This document shows positions 52,301 to 64,000 of a DNA stretch of 64,000 bases, in pieces. Below the pieces are notes generated by a model. The model had not been told where the DNA came from, did no database searches, and worked only from the letters and a program-made list of their open reading frames with translations. Position 1 is the first letter of the stretch. Every line of letters starts with the position of its first letter. The DNA comes from Amphiscolops sp. MND2022 (Eukaryota). The DNA is taken from contig OZ076409.1 in assembly GCA_964187785.1 (NCBI GenBank), positions 45,386,001 to 45,450,000 on the forward strand. Direction: 5' to 3'. Both the position numbers and the translations under genes were made by a program.

Positions 52301-54549
52301 TCTCTTCAAAAATAAGCTTATTGGATACCGAGTTTAGTTGTTGTTGAATGTTTACACCATTCTAACCTACGAAGTTGCTCGAAAAATTTTCCTTTAGAAT
52401 GTGTACTCCATATCTAATGATTTTGCTTGGAGCTTATTGAATTTTGAAGAATTGACAAATAAGGTCAACATTTACGTTTTCAAGTTAAGTTTTTGAAAGA
52501 TGTGCAAACAAACTTGTTAGATTTTCTTCCAAAAACTACCCGTAGCTAAACGTTTCAATGCCGAACCTATGTGGTTTCTGACTCAAGTGAATTTCCGAAA
52601 AGTGTGCAAAATTGGGACTATGTTGTCGGGAAATGGGAAATTCGGAAGTTTTGACACCTTTGTTGCAAACTCGATGAACTTCATTCCACCTCTTCCTAAT
52701 TTCGTTTTGACTACCCTTTTGTTTCAACGCTCAGGTCAATGGAAGTTCTATTTTATAGAAACTTTCGTGGTTTGAACAAAAATTGGGTTCTATTTGTCAA
52801 AAAACCTGCTGTTTTGTCTAATGGATTTTGGGGTGTTTTTGAGGCCAATTCCAACAAACAAAAGCCGTTATGTCTTTGAAATCGCTACCGGATACCAGAA
52901 TTAGTCATTGGTGAATTGTTTAAAACATTGTTTGACAGGAAGTAGTTCAAAACATGTTTAAAATCTGCCTAAAATGTAAAAAAGTTAGAACATCTGCGTT
53001 TTTGCTTAATTTCGGTAATTCTGAGGAAATTTTCTTCAATAAAATAAGCAAGTTTCTCTTTCAAAAACGTGCTGTGGACCTAGGGCTATAATCTGGAGCT
53101 TTTCGATTTTTTTATCTTACCGAAATGTTTCATTTCAAATAAAATTGCACTGAAAATGTCAGAAATCAGCAAAACTTTTGACATTTTTGACTTTTTGCGG
53201 TCAATTTGAAGTCAATTTGAATAATTGGCACATAAGATCCATATAAACGAAGGTGTAGAAATTTTTCGTTTCATTTCAAGTCATTCTGAATTGTTTGAAG
53301 CAAACGCTCTCTTCAAAAAATATACTGCATAGCTCGCTCTTTCGTTTTTGATTGTGTTTGAATTTAGAACGAAATCTCTCGGAAAATACAGAAATTGCAT
53401 CAAACGACAAAACAAAAATTTTTTGACATTTCCAGGGTGAATTTGAGGCATTTTTCTTTCACTCTCTCTCAAATCTTGACGAAAGCTCACCGAATCAACA
53501 AGTTTTCTCATTGTTTAAGGGGTTTTAACATTCTCGTCCACAAAGTCATAAAAGCCTAGAGGAAACGAATTTGAAGCCATGTTCAACGTTTTCAACGTTC
53601 TAATCCAATCCACAAAGTCTATCGCAAAATTGATAAAAGTTGCATGAAATCGTTGAAATCTTGAAAATTTCGGGGTTTTGTCATTTTCGGTGTTATTTTG
53701 AGATGTTTTTCATTTGGAAAACAGCATTTATCTCTTGATAAAAGCCTACTGTACAACAAATTTGTGCCTTGTTGTAAGTTTCCAACATTCTAATCCACGA
53801 TAACTATCGAAAAATTGACAAAAACTGCATCGAAACGTCAAAAATGGCAAATTTGTGCAAGTTTTCTCATTTTTAGGTCATTCTGGTGTCCTTGGGGTCA
53901 ATTTGAAAAGTCCAGAAATATCCACAAATACATATCGCACGAAGCTAAATTTATGTGAGTTGAATTCTATGGGTAACGCCCTTAAAGTTTAAAATAAATT
54001 TGGTGCTTGGTAAATTTTGTAAAAACCCGTTTGCTTTAAATACTTTCCTTTCCCATATGGATTATAAACGGAAAATAAAAAGGATCCATATGATTTTTCG
54101 ATGAAATTTAGAAATTTTTACACATTTTTGCGATATCTCAAAAACTACTGATCGGAAAAGCCCCCCTCAATCATTTGTGTAGTGTAAGACTTTCAGAGAG
54201 TAAAAATTGAAGAATGACCAATTAATAATTCATACAATAATTGACCAATAATGTATTAACATTTGAAGAAGAAACGCGAAGCTGACCATTACTCCGCAAT
54301 ACTCCAAAACAGAATGGTATCACCTCCTTGTATCAAATCGAGTGCTTTTTTTCACAAGTAACAAACCATCGCGATTTACGCGTCCCAGATCGTTATGCTT
54401 TCCAGTGAACAGGTGTGCACCATCCTCCAGTAAGACTAAGGGATATCCATTTTCTGTCAACCACCCTATCAAAAGCATGTAGAACTCCATCTCCTAACCG
54501 CCAGTCGCATCGAATAGGCCTTTTTGAGAGAGCCAACATCGAGCGCTTT

Positions 54550-55609
54550 GAACATTATTGATGAATTTCGCTACTACGACAAGTCTTTCCGAAACATCAT
54601 TAGATGTTAGATACTCTCGAGCCTACTTCGAGGCTGCTTTGAAGTGCGTTGTGAACTACTTGCTGGGCTATCTTCATTAGACTTACTAATAAAAGCCATC
54701 ATAAGGTCCCTCAGTTGACTAAGTTCTGATGCAATCACTTAAAAATTCATCCAAATTTGGCACAGGTTGGGTTCACGATGATTAAAGGATGGACTTCCTC
54801 CCACATTTGCTATTCCCAGCAAAATTCTAAACTGACGATGAAATATTGATGTATTTGTACCAATATAAGTAAATCCAGCTCAATCGCTCTTTTATTGATG
54901 AAATTAAGACGTACATTCCCATTTTCTCAGTGTTGTCTAGCACGGCGATGAATTACTGATGCGTTTTATGTTCAAAAAAATAGATGTATAATGGTTCGAA
55001 TTGTCAGGTCGATTAATAGTACATCAAACGAGCCCGCTGATGAACTTGCGATGTATTCCCTTGTATAAAGCATCAAATTACTACTAGCGATGATTTTATG
55101 ATGAATTTGGTATAACTTTAAGTTACGCGAAATCCGCCGGTGGAGTTGCGATGAGATTAAGTAGTCAAGTCCCGCATATGAATTAATTGCAAACCCGCTG
55201 ATGGGTTTACCATGAACTCCAACATTTAAGATGGAGATTCGTCACGACGGTCGCTCAGAGGCGGGAGCTTACGAAGTATCCTTGAAGTCTACCTTCTCTC
55301 TGTCCTTCGGTCCAGTCTGACCGGAAAAACTTGGCTCCATTGTCGTGACAAACTACTATTTTATATAGCATTTTTTTGCTGTAAGCATGATCATATTTGC
55401 GGACACCGGAACTAGAGTGCTCAATATTAGTTAAATACGTAGCTCAAACTTAAGAAGGGGGTGATGAGATTAAGTACAAGTAACGTAGAGTTGCGCACAA
55501 CTATAGCTTTTATTATATGACTTCATATTGCCCGTAAATAAGTACATAAGACATACCATTTACATTACAGATATTTAGTAGATTTTATTTCCATCATGTT
55601 GGCATGACA
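54550..55609 (-). repeat. Diverged partial LTR of an E2-related family
   Basis: Reverse complement begins TGTCATGCCAACATGATGGAAAT and follows the E2 LTR start. It retains GATG-N7-GATG dyads (54777, 54837, 54947, 55039, 55089). Left end unclear. Confidence 0.8.
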
Positions 55610-56104
55610 GATACCCAGCGAGTAAAATTAGATAATTGGAACTGCGTCCATAAATCAACCAAATTTTGTCAAGTTGACTGCGGATTCTGCTCATGTTAGA
55701 ACCGCTGCCAGTAACAAACACCAACCATGTTGACTGCGAAATTTTTGCGGGCCTTTTTTATTTGCTAATGTACAACTTCGCTCACACTGTCGGCAGTAGG
55801 TGGAGCTACTGTAGTATCAATACTATCAATGACGTAGTCTTGCTTGTTTCTGAGAAATGAGCAAGCGACGAGATGTGAATTGTTTTTATCAGATCAATCA
55901 TCGATTTTTTTAACGTTGGTGACACCTTTGGCAATGTTTTGTAGTTCGGTGCAAACGTAAACCAACAAGATCAACATTTACAATTTAACCACGTTTGTCC
56001 GACTGTCACTTCCTACCATTTTGAAAGCAAAGCTTGTGCCATAAAGAAACTATGAAACAGCTCGATCAACGTCTTTGGTTTTCTGTCCGGTATGTTTTGA
56101 TTAC

Positions 56105-56304
56105 NNNNNNNNNNNNNNNNNNNNNNNNNNNNNNNNNNNNNNNNNNNNNNNNNNNNNNNNNNNNNNNNNNNNNNNNNNNNNNNNNNNNNNNNNNNNNNNN
56201 NNNNNNNNNNNNNNNNNNNNNNNNNNNNNNNNNNNNNNNNNNNNNNNNNNNNNNNNNNNNNNNNNNNNNNNNNNNNNNNNNNNNNNNNNNNNNNNNNNNN
56301 NNNN
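56105..56304. other. Assembly gap (200 N)
   Basis: Run of N. Confidence 1.
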
Positions 56305-56388
56305 GTATAATATATATATAAATATGTATATATATAATTACAAAAAAAACTATAAACACAATCTCTACCATACGTTCAAATCATGAGG

Positions 56389-56520
56389 AGTTATTTCACG
56401 TATGATGATTGTTGGTAGTTCTAGTCCTTGAGGCATTGACCTATGTGGCCTAGAAGTTATTTTATGTATGATGATTTTTGGTAGTTCTAGTCCTTGAGGC
56501 ATTGACCTATGTGGCCTAGA
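56389..56520. repeat. 66-bp tandem duplication
   Basis: tatgatgatt.ttggtagttctagtccttgaggcattgacctatgtggcctaga occurs twice. Confidence 0.85.
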
Positions 56521-56639
56521 TTGAATCCAATTTTATCCGAGCTTTTGAAACACTGATGACTGCATGTATTCGAACACTAGCACTTTTCTGAGCTAAACGA
56601 TTCCTGATAGGTGGCTCAATTTTATATAAATTTTGAGAT

Positions 56640-56804
56640 ATGTATGTAAACTCAACATATATGAATATATAAATCACGTAGGGTTGCTCACAACCATGTC
56701 ACTTATCATATGGCTTCATATTGCCCATAATTAGGTGTATATGACCTATATGTGTTCTTTATAAACTTTCCATAGATATATATTACCATCATGCGGGCGT
56801 GACA
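56640..56804 (-). repeat. 5' end fragment of another E2-related LTR
   Basis: Reverse complement begins TGTCACGCCCGCATGATGG and shares ATGGGCAATATGA and CATGGTTGTGAGCAACCCTACGT with the E2 LTR. Confidence 0.7.
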
Positions 56805-57399
56805 ATGACAAACTTTTGAAAGTTTCCAACACTCATCAGGGCAAATTCGTGTCTCAGTGGTTGAACATTCCTTCTTGCAAGAACCTTGGCCTGAAATTTG
56901 ATGACCAGCAGCTTCGTCTACGACTCGGAGCCAACATCAGTGTTGCGCATAGGTTGCACTGTGAAAAAAGTCAAACGGGACAGTTTACCCGGTCTTTCTT
57001 GCAACAAAGGTGCTGGTCGCTTCCCACGAAAGCAACAAAATGAGGAAACATTATACCAGTTACTGTCCCAGTAGCCTAGTAGAGCCTTTTATAGCTGTTT
57101 TTTAAACATGTGTATCATCGCTGTCTTAAAAAATTTGTTTCTACCGGTCAACATGATTAGCGCTGGTATGTGTAGTTTGTTGGTTGTTTTTTTTTGTTGC
57201 TACTGGGATAGTAGCTGGTATGTGTTTACTCCTTTGTTTGAAGACCACGTGTGCATGTCTTTTCCCGCAACATGATGACACACATGGCACTTGAATAATG
57301 ACGATTGCGGGAAAAGTAATGGTAGACATTTTGAAAAACTTTTCGTTCTTGAAAATTTTGTTAAATTTTCAGTTTTATCCTTTAGCTTGAAGATGTTTT

Positions 57400-60075
57400 T
57401 AGTCACTGCTTGAGTTAGAATGGACTTGGCTCTGTGGTCTTGTGGCTTAAAAATTTCGAGTCAAAGGATTCTAGGAAACATTGAGGCAAGTGACTATGGG
57501 CCGCGACTTGCAGCGATATTGATTCTCTGCCTGGTAGCGTCCCGTTTGATGCTAATAGTTACTTAAAAAGTATCGACGTTACGAGAGAGCTGACTATCAA
57601 AAAATGATTGTCCTTATGAGTACACGTCATTTCAGTCCAGTTTGTCACACAAACATCGACAATGTGTATTCTGAATTGTGTCAAAACACTGAAAATTTAA
57701 TTGGCAGTGTGTTCCGCTGAAAACGAGACATCGGCAAGAAATGCTTCCTTGAATAATTCCAAGTACATCGAATCTCATAAACAAATTGAATTTCAGAAAA
57801 TAGTGCTTCTAGAAAGACCTACTGCATACCGAAGAAATAACGTATCTAGACCACAAAACGTGGTATTAGAGAACTGTGAAGTCGATCGTTTGAATTACTA
57901 AGAAGAACTTCTTAGCTCACATAAAACCGAAAAAATTTTCAAGCACTTGGGCTCTCTCAACAAAGCGAACTGCACTCCTAAAGTTATGTTCAAAGGCGAT
58001 TAGGCCAGTCGTTCAAAAACAAAACAGCTCGCTTCTTCAACGTGTTCTTTCATTCGGTTCACTCTCCAAAAAAGCATACACACTACAAAACATTCGAAAC
58101 GGAAGATCGGTGCTGACAAACTTTGACATTTCAAGGTACAAAATTCGAAGTGTTTTAACAGACCTAGTCATAACCAAATCCAGAGGCTCAAACAAACTTC
58201 CCCCAGTATTTTTCAAAAAAACAGCTATTGAAATGAGTACTACCCTGATCAAACTATTCAAGATTGTTATAAGGCTACGAAAACTTCCTAGATGTTGAAA
58301 AGCTGCTACTATCGTGCCTGTCTACAAGAAAGGCGATGAACCATTGGTAAAGAACTACAGACCAGTGTCGCTTCTCAATATTGACAGCAAAGTTTTCGAA
58401 AAGTGCTTGTATGACCCTCTCTGTCTTCGTTTCTCTTTCTTTCTCTCCAGAAACCAGCATGGATTTGTTCATGGAAGATCAGTTCAATCAAACATGTTGA
58501 AATTCTTGAAAGACATACATGAAGCCTTGGATAGAATTTCTAGTGATAGAGTAGTCGTTTTTTGGGTTCGGTTCTGGTCGGGATTTTTGAGTATTCGAGA
58601 ATTTTCGGGCTTTCGGATCGAGTTCGGTAACGTAAAAATTTCGGGTTCAGGTTTCGGGTATCAACTTTTACCGGTTCGGGTTCGGGTATTAGGGTCTGTC
58701 TGCCTGCTTTTTCATTCTGTTTTTTTTCACATTTTACTTTTTGTATTTCGCATTTTCATTTGCAACTCCTTAGGTTATTCTAATATAATGTTTGTTGCCG
58801 TCAAATTGTCTGTTTTCAGATATCATGAAAGAAGAGTGGCAACCCTTTGAAACCAAAAACGCATCACTAAAGAGAAAGTTTCTGTGTGGCTACATTGATA
58901 AAAAGGACAAATTGTGAAAATGCATAAAACGAGGACACAGCTTAACGTGTGCCAAGGGCAATACATCAGTAATGACACGTCACCTTGACAACTGCGTCCT
59001 CCGCCGGAGGTTGAAGAAAATCAAAATAGCGTTGGCGTTCAAGAATTCATGAAGAGAGACACTGAAAAATACGAATTTCAGTCGCAAATATTTCCTTTGG
59101 ATAACCTTCCAATCACCAAAGTGTGCAACTCTCAAGGGTTCAAAAACTCCTCAAGAGAGCTGGATATCTTGCGCCTAACTACGATGATCTTAACAATAGT
59201 CTAAACGCACAATATAAAAATCGAGTTGAACAGGTGAAGCAGTATCCGAACAAGGACAGCAAACTTAATATTGCGTTGGACAAATGGACATGAACATTAC
59301 GAGAAGAACATTGGTCAAAAAGAGGAGAAAATTCGTGCGATTATACGTTCAATTCCTTCATCCAACGCAGACACAGAGAGAGCCTCCAGCTTTGTAAAGT
59401 ATTTGAAAACGGTTATTCAATCTCGACTTGATACTGAAATTTTCACACGAAACGTTTTTCTGAAGCTTACAGAAGAAATTAAAATAATGCTGGAACCTAA
59501 GGTCTAATTGGATTCAAGTCACTTTGCTCATATGTTGTTTGTGAGCAGCCTTTTGTTCCTCTTTTGTTATAATATCGCTAAATTCTAAAACCTAAACTTT
59601 GTTATTAATCAACATGTGATTTTGATTAGAAACATCCAATTCCTCATCATTGTTGCTTTTGGAAATTTTCGGGTTTCGTTCGGTTATTTGAAAAAAAGTT
59701 CGGGCTTCGGGTTCGGGTTCTTCAAAAATGTCGGGTTCGGATAATTGCAATTCTGGTAGTTGGGTTTCGGGTATTGAGAATGTCGGGTACCCGGAATGCC
59801 TGTTGAACCGCTAAAGAAATGCCGTGCGATTGGCGTTGGAGGCTGTTTTCTCGATATTCTTGATCCCTACTTGGAATGACGAACCCAGCTCGTTAGAGTT
59901 AAGAGCACTATTTCTCACCAGTTAGATATTACAGATGGAGTGCCCCAAGGATCTCCCGTTGGTCCCTTTTGTCTTGGGTCCCTTAACCCAGAGGTTATTC
60001 TGTATTTTCATAAACGACCTTCCCGAGTCACTGAAATTTAGTGATCCTTACATATTTGCAGATGATCTGAAAATA
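57400..60075 (+). mobile_element. Decayed LINE ORF2 (RT), interrupted by a hAT insertion
   Basis: NYRPVSLLNIDSKVFEK and QHGFVHGRS before 58550; GVPQGS, FINDLP and FADDLK after 59780. Confidence 0.8.
58549..59775 (+). mobile_element. Internally deleted hAT transposon
   Basis: TCGGGT repeats at both ends; BED-finger remnant (KC...GNTSVMTRHL); dimerisation motif SIPSSNADTERASS. Confidence 0.75.
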
Positions 60076-60076
60076 T

Positions 60077-61275
60077 GGAGTGTACGCCTTTGATCTAATT
60101 GCTTGGGTCTAATGGAATTAGATCTAACTGTTAGGTCTAATTTTCAGATCTAATTTTATCTAAAACATTTAGGTCTAACCCCTTTATGGTCTAATATGTG
60201 TTCTGAAAGCGAAAATATAATGTGGGGCATATGCGATGTATGCACGCTCGCCCTCACCGTCGCAAAGACCAGCTCTCAGTACGATCGCTTCGCGATCTCG
60301 GTTCCCGCTAGGTTATTGCTCCTGTTCGACCTCGCTTAGCAAGATGGGAATATAAGCGGCCCCAAGGGGCCGCGGGCGAGGGGTGGCTGTAAAGAGGTCG
60401 AATTTTTCTGGTCGAAAGGACAGAGGTGGAACGTTTTGATCGAATTGCAGGGATCGAATGGAATGCGGCCGAATTTTATCGTATTTGTTGTATGGCTCGG
60501 TCGCTTCGCTCCTTTCGCCAAGTAGGAACATTGAGGCATGGCCAAATGGCACGTCGCTCCGCTTCGCTCCTGCATTCAGGGCACTAGGAGTATATGAACA
60601 TATCTGACTACGTTATAAAAATTTCGATCCGAGATATTTCGATCCCATTCAAAAATTTGGTATGTCGACCTGAGGACTAACTCTGATTTTCGACCCTGTT
60701 CCTTCGACCTACTTCCGCCCACCCGCCGCGGGGCACTAGAGGAAATGGGTCAGGGACATTTCGTCACCATCCATTTGGGCGACAATATGGCGTCGGTTTA
60801 CATGGGCGACAAAAGTGTCGACCAAATGGGTTGATCAAATTGATCAATTAACTGATATATTTGACGAGGTTAGCATATTTGTTGTATGGCTCGGTCGCTT
60901 CGCTCCCTTCGCCATGTAGCAACATTGAGGCGTGGCCATATGGCACGTCGCTCCGCTTCGCTTCGCTCCTGAATTTAGGGCACTAGGGGTATGTGAACAT
61001 ATTTGGCCATTTAGTCTACGGGACATTTGGGCGACAATATTGTCGCCGAAATGTGCTGAAATTTTTGTCGCCCAAATGGCTGATAACGAAACGTCCTTGC
61101 CCCAGAGGAAATGGGGACATATCCGAGGCACGTTTTATACTTTATATCACTTTTTAGTTTTAGATCCTAATTGACTGATTTTTTTCTCAAATTAGATCAA
61201 ATTAAAAGAGATTTTTAGACCTGATTATTTAGATCAATTTATTTAGATCTCTGTTTTGTCTTTAGCCTAATTGTT
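60077..61275. mobile_element. Nested non-autonomous MITE-like elements
   Basis: Inverted subterminal arrays G(A/G)TCTAA (60090-60195) and TTAGA(T/C) (61160-61270); inner TCGA-rich and GGCGACAA arrays; about 125-bp block duplicated at 60483 and 60877. Confidence 0.55.
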
Positions 61276-61369
61276 GTGATAAACTTATTAAATAGTTTCA
61301 GAAGCTTTGATTAACATTGGTAACTGGACTGGGTCAGGCAACAACTACTCAACTGACGTTTCTTAGACA

Positions 61370-64000
61370 ATGTCTAGCTCCAAGAGGGCGAATCGAAACA
61401 ACTCCAGTTCGAAAAAAGGACAGGGTGTGGTCAAAGATCAATGTTGCTCTTGTTACAAAGGTGATGAAGTGGGCGACGACTGGATTCAGTGTGACTTATG
61501 TGACGGCTGGTATCATGAAAACTGTTCAGGATTACCGGAAGTTATCATCAGTCAACTATCACAAGCTAAGTTTTTGTTGTTCAGATGTTCTCTTTGTTTG
61601 GATAACAAAAAATTGAGGAAACAATAGAAAAGTTATAAAAGATACCATTCAAGAAATGCTACCTTCCAGAATGAAAAGTGCATTGGAACAACTTAACTTG
61701 GGTGAGTTGTCAAGGACAGTTACGGAACTAAAGGGTGAAGTTAAGTCATTGAAACATGACCGAATTAATGACAAACCTCGTGAAACGTTCTCCGAAGCTG
61801 TAAACTCGAATGATCCAGGTCCAAAAACTTTTAGTGCTCATGTTCTTCAAACTCAAAGATTAGACACTGTTTTTAATGACAACTCATTGGTCTCTAGTTC
61901 GAAGCCAGTTCGCAAGAAACGTGAAGTAAAAATTGGGACAGGTGAAATTGAAACTTTCAATGGTGTTGAGAAGCCCCCCCTCGAAAACATATTTACATTG
62001 GGCGAGTATCTACGCAACATGATATCGAAACAGTTCGTGACTACTGCAATGAAAAACAAATGGGGTTGCTCCATTTAAGAAAAATCTCGAGTGAAGAGTC
62101 CAGATATCATGCTTGTGAGATCCATCCTTGTGGCCCAAAAATGTTGTCATTGGAAGGTATCGCCTGAATGATTCATCCCGGGAATGGTTGAAAACTTTAC
62201 CAAAAAATTGACAACCAAAAGTTAAGCCAGAGTTTTTAAAATGCTCGGTCTATAATGCTAGATCAGTGAGAAACAAGACGATGGAAATTAACTCTGCTAT
62301 TCTATCCTCTCAGTCACAACTGATTACTATTACTGAAAGTTGGATCCAAACAAACGATAACGATGATTTTCTCATAAAAGAATGTTTGCCTGAAAATTAT
62401 ATTCAGTTTCCCTTTCCCACGGAGTTTTCGACTGGTGGTGGTATTCTTCTCATACATAGAAAAGATGTTTCTATTTCTGTTATTCTAAATCAATGCAACC
62501 AAGACTTCGAAATTGTTACTTGTCGAGTACTTTCCTTGAATTGTCCCATCATTTTTATCTGCTGCTGTCGTCCACCTTCTGGAAACTTGCAACTCTTTCT
62601 TAAAGAGTTTCATGGGGTACTTGTGAAACTTTCGCCTGAATACAGCTTGTGTTGTCGCGATTTCAATATTCACGTTAATCGAATATGTCCAGCTTCGACT
62701 GATTTTAAAGATATTCTCGATGAGTTTGGACTGGTACAGTCAGTTGAACTACCTACTCATAAAAATGGTAACACACTTGATCTTGTCATTGGACCACAAA
62801 AGTTTGAAATATGTCTTGTTAGTGTCTCCACATCGGATCTCAATTGGTTATATTTCGACTGCCTAAAACATCTTCTGGAAAAACGTGAAAGATCCGTTGT
62901 CAAATTCAGAAATTGGAAAAGTGTTAACCTTGTAGATTTCAATGAAGATTGTTTTTATCACCTCTGGTCTATCGAAGGGTCACCTCTGATTGACAGTTTC
63001 TTGGAAACCCTTCAATCAATAAGTGACAAACATGCTCCAGAAATGGAAAGAGTTATTTCGAAACACGATTGCCCTTTTTCCGATAATGAACTGAGAGCAT
63101 GTAAGAGGAAACGGCGTCAATTGGAAAGATTGTTCAGAAAAACGCGGTCCACCATCGATAGACTATATATGCAAATTGCGACAGAAAACTACTTCAAGCT
63201 TTTTCATAAAAAACGTTCGAGGTTTTTGGAGATGAAACGTAATGATGCTGATACGTCGAAACTGAAATTAACGGCTATTGAAACCCTCCTTGGATCTAAG
63301 AAGAAGCAAACTCTACCTTCGGTCTTTCCTCGTGTGAAATTAGCAAACAATTTTAATGATTTTTTCTTATCCAAAATTCAGAATATTCTTAAAAACATTC
63401 CGCCAGTTTTAGTAGACTTGAAATTCCCGGCCTCTGGAGACTTCTGGAAACCTTTGAAAATGTTGATAACTTATATGTAGTGCTTGTTGGCAATCAAGTG
63501 TTGTCGAAATCTCAACCTAGTCAAAATGTGCCTTCCAAAATTCTGAAGAAGTTGTCATTTTTCTATAACCAGATGTCTAAATTATCAATGAGTCTTTCCT
63601 TAATGCCGTCTTCCCCACTGCCTTCAAACATGGGATAGTTACACCAATTTTTTAAAGCGGTGACATTGAAGAAATATCAAACTACAGACCAATCACGAAT
63701 TTTCATTTCGGTTCCAAAGTTATTGAAAAAGTCATTGCTCTGCAACTCAAACGCTTTTTGGATAAACATACAGTAATTGACGAGCATCAATCTGCTTATA
63801 GGAAATATCATTCAACAGAGACAGCGTTATCAGACCTAACTTCAAATCTTCTATGGGGCCTGAACAACAGCGTTCGACACCGTGGATCATGAAATTCTTC
63901 TGTCATTTTTATTTCAAATTGGGATTATTGGTCAGGCGCATTCCTCGACAAAATCCTACCTGAATGGTCGAACACAATGTGTCCTTATTGATGGAAGCTA
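61370..64000 (+). mobile_element. Decayed CR1/L2-like LINE: PHD-finger ORF1 and APE-RT ORF2 (runs off window)
   Basis: C4HC3 PHD (WIQCDLCDGWYHENC); endonuclease motifs (NARS, ITESW, DFNIH, GNTLDLV); RT start (NYRPIT, QSAYRKYHSTETAL). Stops and frameshifts present. Confidence 0.85.

Noticed and set aside
49314..54500. AT-rich region with weak internal repeats (e.g. about 53540-53880)
   Set aside because: Probably old non-autonomous transposon debris, but I cannot support boundaries, TIRs or coding motifs.
56034..56386. ORFs spanning the N run
   Set aside because: Artefacts of the assembly gap.

Overview
Eukaryotic (probably invertebrate animal) repeat-rich DNA; I recognise no host gene. Three unusually large Ty3/Gypsy LTR retrotransposons from distinct but related families dominate the window. 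E1 (+) is cut off by the window start, runs to about 9.6 kb and is decayed. E2 (+, 10976-29660) is 18.7 kb with 2.18-kb LTRs and TSD GCTAT. E3 (-, 33413-49308) is 15.9 kb with 1.49-kb LTRs. Features shared across these elements: (i) gag starts inside the LTR and reads through the PBS (E2, E3; probably E1); (ii) a -1 gag-pol slippery site (E2, E3); (iii) after pol, an ANTISENSE multi-exon gene with GT-AG introns at conserved positions, encoding a Ser/Pro-rich region, a CxxC-H-H zinc finger and what looks like a catalytically dead hAT-transposase body; (iv) a sense 3' ORF running into the 3' LTR; (v) arrays of an element-specific direct-repeat dyad spaced one helical turn (E1 CGTC-N7-CGTC, E2 CATC-N7-CATC, E3 CGCATA-N4-CGCATA) in LTRs and, for E2 and E3, in other non-coding parts. 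Together these suggest an element-encoded, sequence-specific regulator (possibly anti-silencing) with co-evolving binding sites. The rest is decayed Copia, hAT, LINE and MITE-like material, E2-related LTR fragments and a 200-N gap. All homology calls are by eye; no searches were run.
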